Positions 9,756 through 20,919 of a stretch of 64,000 bases of DNA are shown here, piece by piece (positions within the stretch are counted from its first letter, which is position 1; every line of letters begins with the position of its first letter). Made by a program: the position numbers and the translations under genes. The notes under the pieces are model-generated. The model saw only the letters and a program-made list of their open reading frames with translations. It did no database searches and was not told the DNA's origin. The DNA comes from an uncultured Bacilli bacterium (GTDB lineage Bacteria; Bacillota_I; Bacilli_A; RF39; UBA660), in assembly GCA_949065595.1 (NCBI GenBank), contig CARSXK010000001.1, positions 28,029-92,028 on the forward strand, read 5' to 3'.

Positions 9756-10667
9756 TTATGATTCTGCATCTTTTTTAAAACTCATTGCAGCAGTTGCTCC
9801 TTCTCCAACCGCAGTTGAGATTTGATATACATCTTTATATATGACATCCCCACATGCATAAATTCCTTTTATGTTTGTACGCATATTAGAGTCTGTTATG
9901 ATGTAATCATTTTTCATTTGAATATTGGCATTTCTAGCAAAATGAGTATTTGGTTTAGAACCAATATAGATAAATAATCCATCACATATAACCTCTTTGA
10001 TTTTTCCTTCTTGTTCTATTAATATAGAGGATAGATATCCATCTGTTTCATTAATTGTATTTACGACACTATTATATAAAATATCAATATTTTTCTTTGT
10101 TTTTACTTCTTCTACTAATATAGAATCTGCTCTTAATTTTTCACTTCGATTAATGATAGTTACATTGTTACAAATTTCTGATAAATATAAACTTTCTTCA
10201 AATGCACTATTTCCACCACCAACTACACATACATCTTTTCCTCTAAAAAATGGTCCATCACAAACAGCACACCAACTAATTCCATGTCCTACTAATTCGG
10301 TTTCTTGTTCTAATCCTAGTTCTTTTGGAACTCGGCCTGTTGCGATAATAATTCCTTTGCATTCTATTTCTTCTTTTTCTGTTTTAACAATTTTCTGATT
10401 TTTTTTATCAATAATATCGATTACTTCTCCATAGCGATATTCTATTTTTAAATTTTGGATTTGTTCATATATTTTCATTGCCAATGTTGGACCATCAATT
10501 TCTAAAAAACCTGGATAGTTTTCTACTCTCGCAGATCGATTGATTTGTCCTCCTGGAACACTACTTTCTAATAACAATACATTGACATTGGCACGTTTCA
10601 AATAAATAGCAGCTGTCATACCTGCCACCCCAGCGCCAATGACTACGCAATCATATGTCTGTTTCAT
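9756..10667 (-). CDS. trxB: thioredoxin-disulfide reductase
   Basis: GAGVAGMTAA FAD site, redox CAVCDG, GGGNSAFEE NADPH site. ATG at 10667 is preceded by AGGGGG. Overlaps the lgt stop. Confidence 0.9.
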   Translation of the reverse strand: MKQTYDCVVIGAGVAGMTAAIYLKRANVNVLLLESSVPGGQINRSARVENYPGFLEIDGPTLAMKIYEQIQNLKIEYRYGEVIDIIDKKNQKIVKTEKEEIECKGIIIATGRVPKELGLEQETELVGHGISWCAVCDGPFFRGKDVCVVGGGNSAFEESLYLSEICNNVTIINRSEKLRADSILVEEVKTKKNIDILYNSVVNTINETDGYLSSILIEQEGKIKEVICDGLFIYIGSKPNTHFARNANIQMKNDYIITDSNMRTNIKGIYACGDVIYKDVYQISTAVGEGATAAMSFKKDAES

Positions 10668-11451
10668 TTTCATCCCCCTTTTGATATCCATTTTGAATTT
10701 TTTGATAAACGATTAAAATGATACCTATGATTAATGTTATGATAGAAACTAGTTGGGCTATGCGAATATTTCCTAACATTAAACTATCTGTCCGCATTCC
10801 TTCTATTATAAATCTTCCAATTCCATACCATATTAAATATAAACCTGTTGTTTTACCTGTAAAGTATTTTTGGGAATGATAAAATATATATAACATGAAA
10901 AATCCTAGTAAATTCCATATCGATTCATATAAAAAGGTAGGGATATAATAATTATGATCAATATACATCCCATTTATAATAAAATTTGGTAAATGTAAAC
11001 TCTGTAAATGCGCTAGGGTGGTTACTGCACCATGTGCTTCCCCATTAAAAAAATTACCCCATCTACCGATGGCTTGTCCTAAAATTAGACTAATAACCAA
11101 TATATCTGTTATTTGAAAGAGAGAAACATTATGTTTTTTACAGTAAAATATGAGAAAAAGAAATCCAGCTATTACCCCACCATGAATGGCAAGGCCTCCT
11201 TCCCATATTTTAAAGATGTCCCCTATATTTACACTATAGTAATTCCAATTGAAAATAACATAATAAATTCTAGCTCCTAAAAAGGCAATGGGAATGGTAT
11301 AAAAGAAAAGATTCACCATAAATTCTTCTTCTATCTTTCTTTTTTTCGCTTTTTTCAGTGCCAAAAAACATCCAATAAGAAACGCAATTAATAGAAAAAA
11401 GGAATACCAATAAATTTGAATGAAACCAAAATCGATCATAATGGGATTCAT
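10651..11451 (-). CDS. lgt: prolipoprotein diacylglyceryl transferase
   Basis: Polytopic membrane protein with GLAIHGG and GRWGNFFNGE motifs. Confidence 0.92.
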   Translation of the reverse strand: MNPIMIDFGFIQIYWYSFFLLIAFLIGCFLALKKAKKRKIEEEFMVNLFFYTIPIAFLGARIYYVIFNWNYYSVNIGDIFKIWEGGLAIHGGVIAGFLFLIFYCKKHNVSLFQITDILVISLILGQAIGRWGNFFNGEAHGAVTTLAHLQSLHLPNFIINGMYIDHNYYIPTFLYESIWNLLGFFMLYIFYHSQKYFTGKTTGLYLIWYGIGRFIIEGMRTDSLMLGNIRIAQLVSIITLIIGIILIVYQKIQNGYQKGDENETDI

Positions 11452-11454
11452 AAA

Positions 11455-11889
11455 TTACTCCTTTCTTAAAATTGGTTGAATAACCAAGTGATCCATTGCG
11501 ACATTCATAAGGGAAATTAAAATGGCAACCAAACAAGTCATTAAAATCCCACCAATGGTAAAATGACTTCCTAATATTACATCTACAATATATAAAATGA
11601 ATACATTAATGAATGGATAAAAAATACCTAAAGTCACTGCTGTTAAGGGAAGTGTAAGTAAAATTAGTACAGGTTTTATAGTCCGATTTAAAAGATTCAT
11701 TAAAATGGATGCAATCAAAGCCCAAATTCCAAAACCACTATTATCAATTTGGATGGTTTTGGGGAATAATATGGATACTGTGATTAAAATAAGAGCATAT
11801 CCAACCATATATAAAATCCATTCAAAAAACTTACTATATTTTCCATATTTGTTTTTTTTATGATTCTCTTCAATTATAATTTTTTTCAT
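11455..11889 (-). CDS. YvlD/DUF360-type membrane protein (phage holin 4-2 family-like)
   Basis: 144 aa with 4 predicted TM helices and the size and pattern of YvlD-type proteins. Confidence 0.6.
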   Translation of the reverse strand: MKKIIIEENHKKNKYGKYSKFFEWILYMVGYALILITVSILFPKTIQIDNSGFGIWALIASILMNLLNRTIKPVLILLTLPLTAVTLGIFYPFINVFILYIVDVILGSHFTIGGILMTCLVAILISLMNVAMDHLVIQPILRKE

Positions 11890-11901
11890 AGTAGCCTCCT
11901 T

Positions 11902-13866
11902 TTACTTTATTTTACCATTTTCTTCTTTTAATTCAAATAAAATATCACGTAATTCTGTTGCTCGTTCAAATTCAAGATTCAAAGCAGCTTCTTTCATTTC
12001 ATGTTCAATTTGTTCCATTAAGTTTCTCTTTTCTTGTTGACTCATTTTATTAGGAACTTTTTCTTCTACTTCTTTATTATTTGAAATCAAATCTCTAATT
12101 TCTTTCATAATTGTTTTTGGAATAATGTTATGTTTTTTATTATATTCCATTTGAATGGTTCTTCTACGTTCTGTTTCTTTGATGGCTTTTTCCATCGCAT
12201 CACTTATTTTATCAGCATACATAATGACATGTCCATTGGCATTTCTAGCTGCTCTACCTATTGTTTGAATTAAACTTCGATCACTTCTTAAGAACCCTTG
12301 TTTATCTGCATCCATGATAGCAATCAAACTGACTTCTGGAATGTCTAATCCTTCTCTTAACAAGTTGATACCAACAAGGACATCATATTTTCCTAATCGT
12401 AAATCTCTTATGATGCGCATTCGTTCTAGTGATTTGATTTCACTATGTAAATAGGCAACTTTAATGTCCAATTTTTTTAAATAAGTGGTCAACTCTTCTG
12501 CCATACGAATGGTTAGTGTTGTAATTAATACTCTTTCCTGATTCTCGATTCTTTTATGAATTTCTTCCAATAAATTATCCATTTGACCATTTGTCGGTCT
12601 TACTTCAATGGTTGGATCCAGTAATCCTGTTGGACGTATGATTTGTTCTGCGATATGATTTTCTGCTTTTTCAAGCTCGTAATCACCTGGTGTAGCAGAT
12701 ACGCAAATAATTTGATTGATTTTTTTTTCAAATTCTTCAAAGGTCAAGGGTCGATTGTCCTTCGCACTTGGAAGACGGAACCCAAAATCGACGAGGACTT
12801 GTTTTCTTGCTTGATCTCCATTATACATTCCTCTTACTTGGGGCAATGTCACATGAGATTCATCTACAATCAGAAGAAAATCTTTTGGAAAGAAATCAAT
12901 AAGAGTAGTTGGGGTTGCTCCTGCTTCTTTGAGTGCCAAGTGTCTTGAATAGTTTTCTACTCCTCTACAAGTACCTGTTTCAGACAACATTTCTAAATCA
13001 TAATTGGTACGTTCCATCAAACGTTGATATTCTAATAGCTTGTTGTTTTCTTTCAAATATTGTAATCTATCTTTTAATTCCATTCGAATATTTTCTACTG
13101 CTTTTTTAATTTTTTCTTCACTCGTCACAAAATGACTTGCAGCAAATAAACTAATAGATTTTTTATTGGATGTAATAGTACCTGTTAAGGTATCATATTC
13201 ATATATTTTATCAATTTCATCACCAAAAAATTCAATTCGAATTCCTTTACCATGTTGATTGACTGGCATAATTTCTAATACATCGCCTCTTACACGAAAT
13301 GTACCTCTTTTGAGTTCTAAATTATTTCGTTCATAAAACATATTGACTAATTTCAACATAACTTCATCACGTTCGATTTGATCCCCTACATTTAGTGTCA
13401 ACATTTTGTCCTTGTAATCATCAATTTCTCCTATTCCATATATGCAAGAAACAGAGGCAACGACAATCACATCATCGTGTGTAATTAAAGCTGAAGTTGC
13501 AGCATGTCTTAATTCATCTATTTCATCATTGATGGAAGCATCTTTTTCTATATAAGTATCTGTTTTTGCAACATAAGCTTCTGGTTGATAATAATCGTAA
13601 TAAGAAATAAAATATTCTACATGATTTTCAGGAAATAATTCTTTTAATTCAGAATATAATTGTCCTGCAAGTGTTTTATTGTGCGCTAAAACGAGGGTTG
13701 GTTTATTTACTTCTTTGATTACATTCGCAATGGTAAAAGTTTTTCCAGTTCCCGTTGCTCCCAGTAATACTTGATACTTTTCCCCTTTTTGTATATCCAA
13801 CACTAACTTTTCAATGGCTTTTGGTTGGTCTCCACTTGGTTCATATTTTGAGACTAATTTGAACAT
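11902..13866 (-). CDS. uvrB: excinuclease ABC subunit B
   Basis: GATGTGKTF Walker A, VDESH box, C-terminal UVR motif ([11 protein letters not shown]). ATG at 13866 is preceded by GGGAGTG. Confidence 0.95.
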   Translation of the reverse strand: MFKLVSKYEPSGDQPKAIEKLVLDIQKGEKYQVLLGATGTGKTFTIANVIKEVNKPTLVLAHNKTLAGQLYSELKELFPENHVEYFISYYDYYQPEAYVAKTDTYIEKDASINDEIDELRHAATSALITHDDVIVVASVSCIYGIGEIDDYKDKMLTLNVGDQIERDEVMLKLVNMFYERNNLELKRGTFRVRGDVLEIMPVNQHGKGIRIEFFGDEIDKIYEYDTLTGTITSNKKSISLFAASHFVTSEEKIKKAVENIRMELKDRLQYLKENNKLLEYQRLMERTNYDLEMLSETGTCRGVENYSRHLALKEAGATPTTLIDFFPKDFLLIVDESHVTLPQVRGMYNGDQARKQVLVDFGFRLPSAKDNRPLTFEEFEKKINQIICVSATPGDYELEKAENHIAEQIIRPTGLLDPTIEVRPTNGQMDNLLEEIHKRIENQERVLITTLTIRMAEELTTYLKKLDIKVAYLHSEIKSLERMRIIRDLRLGKYDVLVGINLLREGLDIPEVSLIAIMDADKQGFLRSDRSLIQTIGRAARNANGHVIMYADKISDAMEKAIKETERRRTIQMEYNKKHNIIPKTIMKEIRDLISNNKEVEEKVPNKMSQQEKRNLMEQIEHEMKEAALNLEFERATELRDILFELKEENGKIK

Positions 13867-14094
13867 AGATTTCACTCCCATTTGATATCACTTTGTGATT
13901 TTTTTAAAGAATTACTATTATTCTATTTTGAGCATAATAGTTAAAAAATTATTGCATAAAAATATGGTTAATAAGGCACTTTTGTTAATGCGCGAAGGAA
14001 AGTCACAAATTTCATTTTTTGGACTAAATAACACTAAACATAATTAAATAGCAAAATTTACTACATAATCTTATCATTTTTAGCTAATAAAAAC

Positions 14095-14539
14095 AAGTTA
14101 ACTACTATTTGAATTTCAGTATTTTTTGAATGGCATCATCATGAGATATTATGTTCGATTGTTTTTTATTTATAAATGCGCAGTAATCATATGTTATCAT
14201 GTATCAAAATGAATTCCTTTACATGATCTTGAACATATATCCAATCACGAATTGCTGATCCATACTAGCATATCAGCAGAAGCCCTAATTACAGCATATA
14301 GGATGGTTTAAAGGTGTTTCCTCCTTAAAAATGGAAATGTTGAGCATTATATTTTGCAAAAATATTTCCCAAAATAAGTTTAAAATTATTTAGATTTATG
14401 ATAGAATCTAGATATTTCAAATCACCAACACAAGTCAAAGCATCTAAACATACCCATTCAGAATTAGGATATTTTTTACCATATAAGTCAAAAAATTACT
14501 GCCTATAAATCCAGCACCTCCTGTGACTAATACTTTCAT
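14095..14539 (-). pseudogene. rfbB: dTDP-glucose 4,6-dehydratase (rmlB/rfbB) pseudogene
   Basis: Minus-strand ATG at 14537-14539 overlaps the TGA of the upstream FkbM gene (ATGA). It reads MKVLVTGGAGFIGSNF..YMVK, then frameshifts (KKYPNSEWVCLDALT.VGDL), shows a large internal loss, and resumes as G.AIRDWIYVQDHVKEF. Several stops follow. Confidence 0.75.
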
Positions 14540-15681
14540 AGTTCCTCCTCATCCATCACACAGTATAATATTGTTTTAGCTACTGATAAAGAATAATGAC
14601 GCATATAAAATTTATAACCTAGGTTCAAACTATCTACATAATACAATAATTCCGATAAATCGCTTGCTTTATGATATGCACTCAACAATAAAATCGGTTT
14701 ATTCTTTATGATTGTATTTTTAGCACCTTTTATAAAGGCCTGTTCTGAACCCTCAATATCAACTTTTATCAAAGTTACTTTCTCATTTTTTATAATACTA
14801 TCTAATTTATATGTACTTACATTATTTATTTCATTAGAGTTATTTTTATATGCTGAATATTTAGAGTCTAAAATATGACTTGTTGCAGTTGGCATCGAAA
14901 CAAATTTCATTTGACTATCAATGTCACATAAAGCACAATTAAATATTTTTTTATTTTTATAATTCACTAAATTTTTTTCTATTTTATTTACTAATTTTAT
15001 ATTCGGCTCAAAAAGGTAAAAATAGTAATTTTGAACATCACTATAATTTTCCATCATTTTAATATACATACCATTACATGCACCTGCGTCAATAACAACA
15101 CCTGGTTTTAATCTATCCAAAACTACTTGATCAAAATATCTATTTTTTTCAGGCTCAACAATATCATTTAAAATAGATTTATCTCTTATATATCGGTACT
15201 TTAAAACTTTTTCAAAGACTTCTTTAGACTTATCATCTGCTAATGTTTGATATACATAAAATATTTTTTCTTTGTCTTTTTCTTTTACAGCATCAAAATT
15301 ATAATCATTTCTAAAATATCCATCAAGCATAAATAATCTTTGATCAATTTCATTATCATGTAAAAGAAGATGTTCTCTAATTTCGTTATAATAGGAGCAA
15401 GTGACAACAATTGCTATATTCGGCTCGTATTTAGGTAAAGTTACTAATACTCCTTCGCTATAACTATTATTTTTTTGAGGATCGTCATCAAATATATAAT
15501 CAACTTTGATGTGATTGTCTTTCAAATAATTTAAAGCATAAGAAGCACTCTCTCCTATTCCATATAAAGCTATACTAGAATATTTTCTTAATTTTTTTAA
15601 CCAATTATTTTCATATTCATATTTTTCTTGTTTATTAAAAAAGGGTTCTTTATTTTCAATCTCATCTATTTTTTTATTCAA
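14536..15681 (-). CDS. FkbM-family methyltransferase
   Basis: 381 aa with SAM site VVIDAGACNG and the FkbM signature TLIKVDIEGSEQAFIKGAK...LLLSAYH. Confidence 0.8.
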   Translation of the reverse strand: MNKKIDEIENKEPFFNKQEKYEYENNWLKKLRKYSSIALYGIGESASYALNYLKDNHIKVDYIFDDDPQKNNSYSEGVLVTLPKYEPNIAIVVTCSYYNEIREHLLLHDNEIDQRLFMLDGYFRNDYNFDAVKEKDKEKIFYVYQTLADDKSKEVFEKVLKYRYIRDKSILNDIVEPEKNRYFDQVVLDRLKPGVVIDAGACNGMYIKMMENYSDVQNYYFYLFEPNIKLVNKIEKNLVNYKNKKIFNCALCDIDSQMKFVSMPTATSHILDSKYSAYKNNSNEINNVSTYKLDSIIKNEKVTLIKVDIEGSEQAFIKGAKNTIIKNKPILLLSAYHKASDLSELLYYVDSLNLGYKFYMRHYSLSVAKTILYCVMDEEEL

Positions 15682-15805
15682 TTTAATACCTCCTAATTTT
15701 TATGTTATTATATCACAACTTACTTTTATAATATCATTCTTTCTCAATAAATTTTTTATCTTAATGATAATTTTTTGTGAAGAAAAATAGACAAGTTTGA
15801 CTTGC

Positions 15806-17428
15806 CTATTGTTTGTTAATTGTAATCGTTACTTGGTAAGTATCTTCTAGATCCATTTCTTCTTCATCCACAATATACCCATATGATTCTACCTTACTTA
15901 CACAATCTCGGATGGTATTGATTACTGTTTTCATATCTACATTTGGTGTTACAGTTTCTGCATCGTTTACCATTAATGGTTGAATCTCATGATTCATGTT
16001 ATTATTTAATATATTTTGATTTGGATTTGGCATTTCTACTTGTGAATGAACAGGTTCTGTAAATTCAGAGTCATCTGTTAATGTATACGGATTAATTGTC
16101 TGTAACATATCCCCTTCATTCTCTATAGAAGAATTGATAGGGACATTCATTGCATTTGGATTTCCAAAATTTGGTTGAGCAATGAATTGATTGGCATTTA
16201 AATCTTCCTTTTTGGTTTCAACAGACGATATCTTTTCTTCTGGTTGCACAACTGGTTCTGGTGCTGTAAAAGGTGAAAACTGAAAATCAGGCTGTGGATT
16301 ATCCATAGGCTTATTAAAATCCATATTAACTTCTTTCTCTTCTAAATCACTGACATAATCTGGATTTGCTTTACTTTGTGGATTCATATTTATCATATTA
16401 AAAAATCTACCAACCATTGGTTTTGGTTCTTCTATTTCTACGATTGGATTTACCTCCTCATTTACTGATGGTTGTGTCATTGGTGCAATTGGTTCTGAAT
16501 TGATTTCTAACTCTTCAGGCTTCACTTCCAAGATTGGGTCTTCCTTTGGCTGCTTCAAATCTATTGATTGAAAAATATCTTGGGCCTGTGACTCAATCTT
16601 ATCTATATCCATAAATCCTGGATGAATGGTATTATTTTTTTCTTCCATTGCGTTAGATGTTTCGACTGGGTTCTGAATGATAACATCCTCCAATTTTGGT
16701 GAAGATGATACATTGTAATCCACTGTTACAGGATTGGATACTGATTGTTCTTCTTTAGCTGGTTGCACTACTGCTCCTTGTGGCTCTATTTTAAGTGTAG
16801 TTGATGTATCATCATCTGTATTTGTACCATTGAGTATTTTCATGATTTCTTCATCCGTTTTTCTTACAGTCATACGCTCATTCATGATACGATCTAACAT
16901 TTTTAATTGACCTTCTTTATTCAATTTTAGTAAAGAACGTGCATGTCTTTCTGAAATTTTTTCTTCCAATAATGCTTCTTGTACTTCATCCGCTAAATTT
17001 AACAATCTTAATTTATTGGCAATCGTAGACTGTGTTTTTCCCAACTTTTCTGCTAATGAGGCTTGATTAATATATCCCATATCTAATATTTTTTTGTATG
17101 AAATCGCTTCTTCTATTGGTGTTAAATCCTGTCTTTGAACATTCTCAATTAAAGCAATCTCCGCACTATTTCTATCATCTAAATTGGTTACAATTGCTGG
17201 AATAGTTGTTTTTCCTGCTAAAATACTTGCCTTATATCTACGTTCCCCTGCAATAATTTCATATTTATCTGCAATTTTCCGAACAACGATTGGTTGAATC
17301 ACACCGTGTTCTCTAATAGAATCTGCTAATTCTAATATATTTTGTTCATTGAATTTAATTCTTGGTTGAAAACGGTTTGGTAAGACATCATCCAAGTTTA
17401 AAATAAGAACCTCTTTTCCCATTTCCAT
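15806..17428 (-). CDS. noc: nucleoid occlusion protein Noc (ParB paralogue) with ~300-aa internal low-complexity insertion
   Basis: ParB N-domain with CTP-binding motif IIAGERRYKA. Noc-type HTH KTQSTIANKLRLLNL..ISERHARSL. C-terminal NTIRDCVSKVESYGYIVDEEEMDLEDTYQVTITINK resembles the Noc C-terminus. Lies directly downstream of rsmG, as in Bacillus. Confidence 0.85.
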   Translation of the reverse strand: MEMGKEVLILNLDDVLPNRFQPRIKFNEQNILELADSIREHGVIQPIVVRKIADKYEIIAGERRYKASILAGKTTIPAIVTNLDDRNSAEIALIENVQRQDLTPIEEAISYKKILDMGYINQASLAEKLGKTQSTIANKLRLLNLADEVQEALLEEKISERHARSLLKLNKEGQLKMLDRIMNERMTVRKTDEEIMKILNGTNTDDDTSTTLKIEPQGAVVQPAKEEQSVSNPVTVDYNVSSSPKLEDVIIQNPVETSNAMEEKNNTIHPGFMDIDKIESQAQDIFQSIDLKQPKEDPILEVKPEELEINSEPIAPMTQPSVNEEVNPIVEIEEPKPMVGRFFNMINMNPQSKANPDYVSDLEEKEVNMDFNKPMDNPQPDFQFSPFTAPEPVVQPEEKISSVETKKEDLNANQFIAQPNFGNPNAMNVPINSSIENEGDMLQTINPYTLTDDSEFTEPVHSQVEMPNPNQNILNNNMNHEIQPLMVNDAETVTPNVDMKTVINTIRDCVSKVESYGYIVDEEEMDLEDTYQVTITINKQ

Positions 17429-17522
17429 ATTACGATACCCCTTCCTTATTCTATCTATTATATAATACTATATTTTGGGAAATATAGCAATCTTTTTTTG
17501 GGAAATATAACAAAAAAGAGCT

Positions 17523-18227
17523 TTATAAACTCTTTTTCTTCATTTCATTATATTTCCTAGGAAATAATAAGTTTGTTTTTTCCTTTTTACGAAATAATAT
17601 TAATGTGCGATTTCCAGCATCCATTGGAAGGGAAAATGACAATATATCTTGTTTTTCACACCCTAACTTCAAGATTGTTGTCTCACTTTCCTTTAACTCA
17701 TTGTTGATATTTCCCTTCATTGCAATAAAATATTTATCAGTATTTACCATGGGAATTCCATACTCTAATAAAATCCTTAAATGCGCTACAGCACGTGCAG
17801 TTACAACATCAAATTTTTCTCTATTTTTTAATGCATACTCTTCAGCTCGAGCATTACAAACTTCTACATTTTTTAATTGAAGAACATCAATCGTATTTTT
17901 TAAAAATATGGTACGTTTTTGAAGAGAATCGACTAATGTCATTTTTAAGTGAGGAAAAAATATTTTTAGTACGATTCCTGGAAACCCTGCCCCTGTTCCA
18001 ATATCACATAATGTTTCTTGTTCATTCAAATTGATGATTTTTGTTAAGGTTAGGCTATCATAAAAATGCTTTAAATATACTTCTTCTTTTTGAATAATTG
18101 CAGTTAAATTCATTTTTTGATTCCATTCCAACAGTAATTGATAATATTGTTCTAGTTGGAATAATTGATGATCTGTATATGAAATTCCTAACTGATTTAA
18201 TTCCGCTTTAAATTTCTCTATTGACAT
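17523..18227 (-). CDS. rsmG: 16S rRNA (guanine527-N7)-methyltransferase
   Basis: 234 aa with [13 protein letters not shown] motif. mnmG-rsmG synteny. Confidence 0.93.
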   Translation of the reverse strand: MSIEKFKAELNQLGISYTDHQLFQLEQYYQLLLEWNQKMNLTAIIQKEEVYLKHFYDSLTLTKIINLNEQETLCDIGTGAGFPGIVLKIFFPHLKMTLVDSLQKRTIFLKNTIDVLQLKNVEVCNARAEEYALKNREKFDVVTARAVAHLRILLEYGIPMVNTDKYFIAMKGNINNELKESETTILKLGCEKQDILSFSLPMDAGNRTLILFRKKEKTNLLFPRKYNEMKKKSL

Positions 18228-20088
18228 GATGATTCTCCTTTTTCAAATATACCATTAATATAGAAATATCCGATGGATTGACACCACTAATACGAATGGC
18301 TTGTCCAATCGATGTTGGATTCACTTCTTTTAATTTTTGCCGTGCTTCAGATGCGATATTTGGAATGTTATCATAATCAATATTTTCTGGAATTTTTTTA
18401 TCTTCTAATCGTTTCATTTTTTCTGCCTCTTTTTGAGCTTTTGTAATATATCCTTCATATTTTATAAAAATAGAAACCTGGTTTTTGATATCATCCTGAT
18501 ATGGGATTTCATAAAAATGTTCCAGATGTTCCATTGTAATTTCTGGTCTTTTTAATAATTGATATAAAGAAATCCCATCTTGAATATTAGCAGTTGGAAT
18601 AGAAGATAAATATTGATTGGTTTCTATTGTGGGTATAATTTTATGTTCTTGCAAATATTGTTTTAATTCTTCAATTTTTTGTTTTTTCTCAATCAATCGA
18701 TTGTGTTGTTCTTCTGAAATGAGACCAACTTGGTATCCATATTCTCTTAATCTCAAATCAGCATTATCATGTCTCAATAATAAACGATATTCAGCTCTTG
18801 ACGTCAATAATCTATAAGGATCTCTTATCCCTTTTGTAACCAAATCATCAATTAAAACACCAATATAAGCATCATCTCTTTTTAAAATAAGTGGTTCTTT
18901 TCCTTTGATTTTTAAAGAAGCATTGATTCCTGCAATCAATCCTTGACAAGCGGCTTCCTCATATCCACTGGTTCCATTGATTTGTCCTGCCGTATATAAA
19001 TTTTCAACTAATTTGGTTTCTAATGTTTGTTTTAATTGTGTAGGATATATGGCATCGTATTCAATTGCATAAGCATATTTCAATATTTTTGCATGTTCCA
19101 ATCCTTCTAAACTATGTACCATTTGTTCTTGAATATCATGTGGCATACTTGTTGAAAAGCCTTGAATATAAATATCATCATAATATAAACTCTCTGGCTC
19201 TAAAAATAATTGATGTCGTTCTTTCTCATGAAAACGAACTACTTTGTCCTCAATAGATGGACAATATCTAGGACCAATTCCTTTGATATCATCCAATCCA
19301 CCATACATACTCGATTTGCTTAAATTATCTCTTATAATTTGATGTGTTTTTTCGTTGGTATAGATTAAATGACAAGGAACTTGATTCTCTATTTGATAAG
19401 TTGGATGATGATCAAAACTAAAGGTATGGTATACAGCATCTCCATATTCTACTTTAGTTTTACTAAAATCAATCGAGTTTTTATCAATTCTTTGTGGAGT
19501 TCCTGTTTTTAATCTTTTCATTTGAAAACCTAATTGTTCTAAATTTTCGCTAAGGTAATTACAAGGTTTTTCCCCATGAGGTCCTTCTCGATGTCTCTTA
19601 TCGCCAACTAAAATATCTGCTTTCATGTAGGTTCCTGTTGTAAGAATAACAGCTTGCGCTTTGATTTGTGTTCCATCTTCTAGAATTATCCCCATAATTT
19701 TACCATTTTCCACAAGTAAACCCTCTACCATACCTTCTTTTATGGTTAATTTTTCTGTATTACACATCGTTTTCCACATTTCTTGTGGATAAGTAATTTT
19801 ATCAGCTTGAGCTCTTAAAGCTTGAATAGCAGGACCTTTTTTATAATTCAACATTTTAATTTGAATTTGGGATTTATCTGCATTTTTTCCCATTTCACCA
19901 CCTAGAGCATCAATTTCTCTTACCACAATTCCTTTGGCACTTCCTCCAATGGATGGATTACAGGGCATATCAGCTATATTCTTTATATTTCCCGTAACCA
20001 ATAATGTATTATTTCCCATTCGAGCAGAAGCCAAACATGCTTCACATCCAGCGTGTCCTCCACCTACTACAATTATGTCATATTGCAT
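18208..20088 (-). CDS. mnmG: tRNA uridine 5-carboxymethylaminomethyl modification enzyme MnmG
   Basis: [18 protein letters not shown] site. ATG at 20088 is preceded by GAGGTG. Confidence 0.95.
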   Translation of the reverse strand: MQYDIIVVGGGHAGCEACLASARMGNNTLLVTGNIKNIADMPCNPSIGGSAKGIVVREIDALGGEMGKNADKSQIQIKMLNYKKGPAIQALRAQADKITYPQEMWKTMCNTEKLTIKEGMVEGLLVENGKIMGIILEDGTQIKAQAVILTTGTYMKADILVGDKRHREGPHGEKPCNYLSENLEQLGFQMKRLKTGTPQRIDKNSIDFSKTKVEYGDAVYHTFSFDHHPTYQIENQVPCHLIYTNEKTHQIIRDNLSKSSMYGGLDDIKGIGPRYCPSIEDKVVRFHEKERHQLFLEPESLYYDDIYIQGFSTSMPHDIQEQMVHSLEGLEHAKILKYAYAIEYDAIYPTQLKQTLETKLVENLYTAGQINGTSGYEEAACQGLIAGINASLKIKGKEPLILKRDDAYIGVLIDDLVTKGIRDPYRLLTSRAEYRLLLRHDNADLRLREYGYQVGLISEEQHNRLIEKKQKIEELKQYLQEHKIIPTIETNQYLSSIPTANIQDGISLYQLLKRPEITMEHLEHFYEIPYQDDIKNQVSIFIKYEGYITKAQKEAEKMKRLEDKKIPENIDYDNIPNIASEARQKLKEVNPTSIGQAIRISGVNPSDISILMVYLKKENHHVNREI

Positions 20089-20339
20089 ATAAAGCACCTC
20101 TTTTTTTATCATTTAATCTTTTCATTTGAAATAAGTATATTTTTAAAATTACCATATCAAGTTTTGAATATTGTTTATTGATAAGCAAATTATCTATCTT
20201 CGGCAAGTGTATTCGGTTAAGTTCAAATTTTATCATAGAAACACTCCTTTTGTTCTGATTATAGCAAAATATACTTCATTTCTCAAGTTAATATTTCTTT
20301 TTGAATATAATCTCATACATTGTATTAAGAGGTGTACTT

Positions 20340-20651
20340 ATGTTAAAATCTATGATAAATTCATTGGAACTTAATATTCTATATGTAAGAGATTTAACTT
20401 CTCCACTGGAACATCAAAAAATTGATTTCTATATTCAAGAAGGGATAGATGGAACCTATGAAATCTACGAACTTCCTTCTTACTATTGGGGATATCATAG
20501 TGATTTCCATAATCGATTCGCATATAATTTTGATAATCTTTCTTTAGAAGATCAAAAATTATACCAAGAGAGTTATCGTCACATGTTAAAAAATGAAAAT
20601 GGAAGTTACTACGAAAATAGTAAAAACTATATAAAAAAGAAAAACGAATAA
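20340..20651 (+). CDS. hypothetical protein (103 aa)
   Basis: ATG at 20340 after AGAGGTG. Opposite strand to its neighbours. The stop TAA lies in the loop of the duplicated terminator hairpin. No domain recognised. Confidence 0.5.
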   Translation: MLKSMINSLELNILYVRDLTSPLEHQKIDFYIQEGIDGTYEIYELPSYYWGYHSDFHNRFAYNFDNLSLEDQKLYQESYRHMLKNENGSYYENSKNYIKKKNE

Positions 20652-20659
20652 TTTCGTTT
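20639..20659. repeat. left copy of the 21-bp direct repeat (duplicated terminator hairpin) flanking the IS remnant
   Basis: GAAAAACGAATAATTTCGTTT is identical to 23014-23034 and is itself a hairpin (AAACGAA-TAAT-TTCGTTT). Confidence 0.85.
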
Positions 20660-20718
20660 CAGACTGTTGACAAAGTGGTATATTCAAAATGAATATACTG
20701 CTTTTTTAGTAATCATTT

Positions 20719-20919
20719 TTATAAAACAGACAATTTTTTAATAAGTGGGATTGAGCTTGTATTTGGAGATATCTTCCATCTCCAATTTGCTATTTTCTCT
20801 AAATTGTGACATGCAACAATCATTGTGGGTTTTTGCTCATTTTTCAGTAAGCCACGAACTCTTGTAAATCTTAATCCATGTTTTTCTTTACAGTCTCCAA
20901 ATACTAATTGTCTCTTTTC
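20719..20919 (-). pseudogene. IS1182-type transposase, C-terminal fragment
   Basis: Translates to EKRQLVFGDCKEKHGLRFTRVRGLLKNEQKPTMIVACHNLEKIANWRWK..., the conserved C-terminal block of IS1182/IS5 DDE transposases. Confidence 0.75.

Noticed and set aside
11270-11536. 88-aa ORF overlapping the lgt start and the upstream membrane-protein gene.
   Set aside because: It is out of frame with two well-supported genes that abut each other, leaving no room or signals for a third gene.
20664-20690. TTGACA...TATATT within the repeated 60-mer looked like a promoter.
   Set aside because: The spacer between the hexamers is only 6 nt. The TTGACA is part of the IS terminal inverted repeat, found at both IS ends and in the solo copy.
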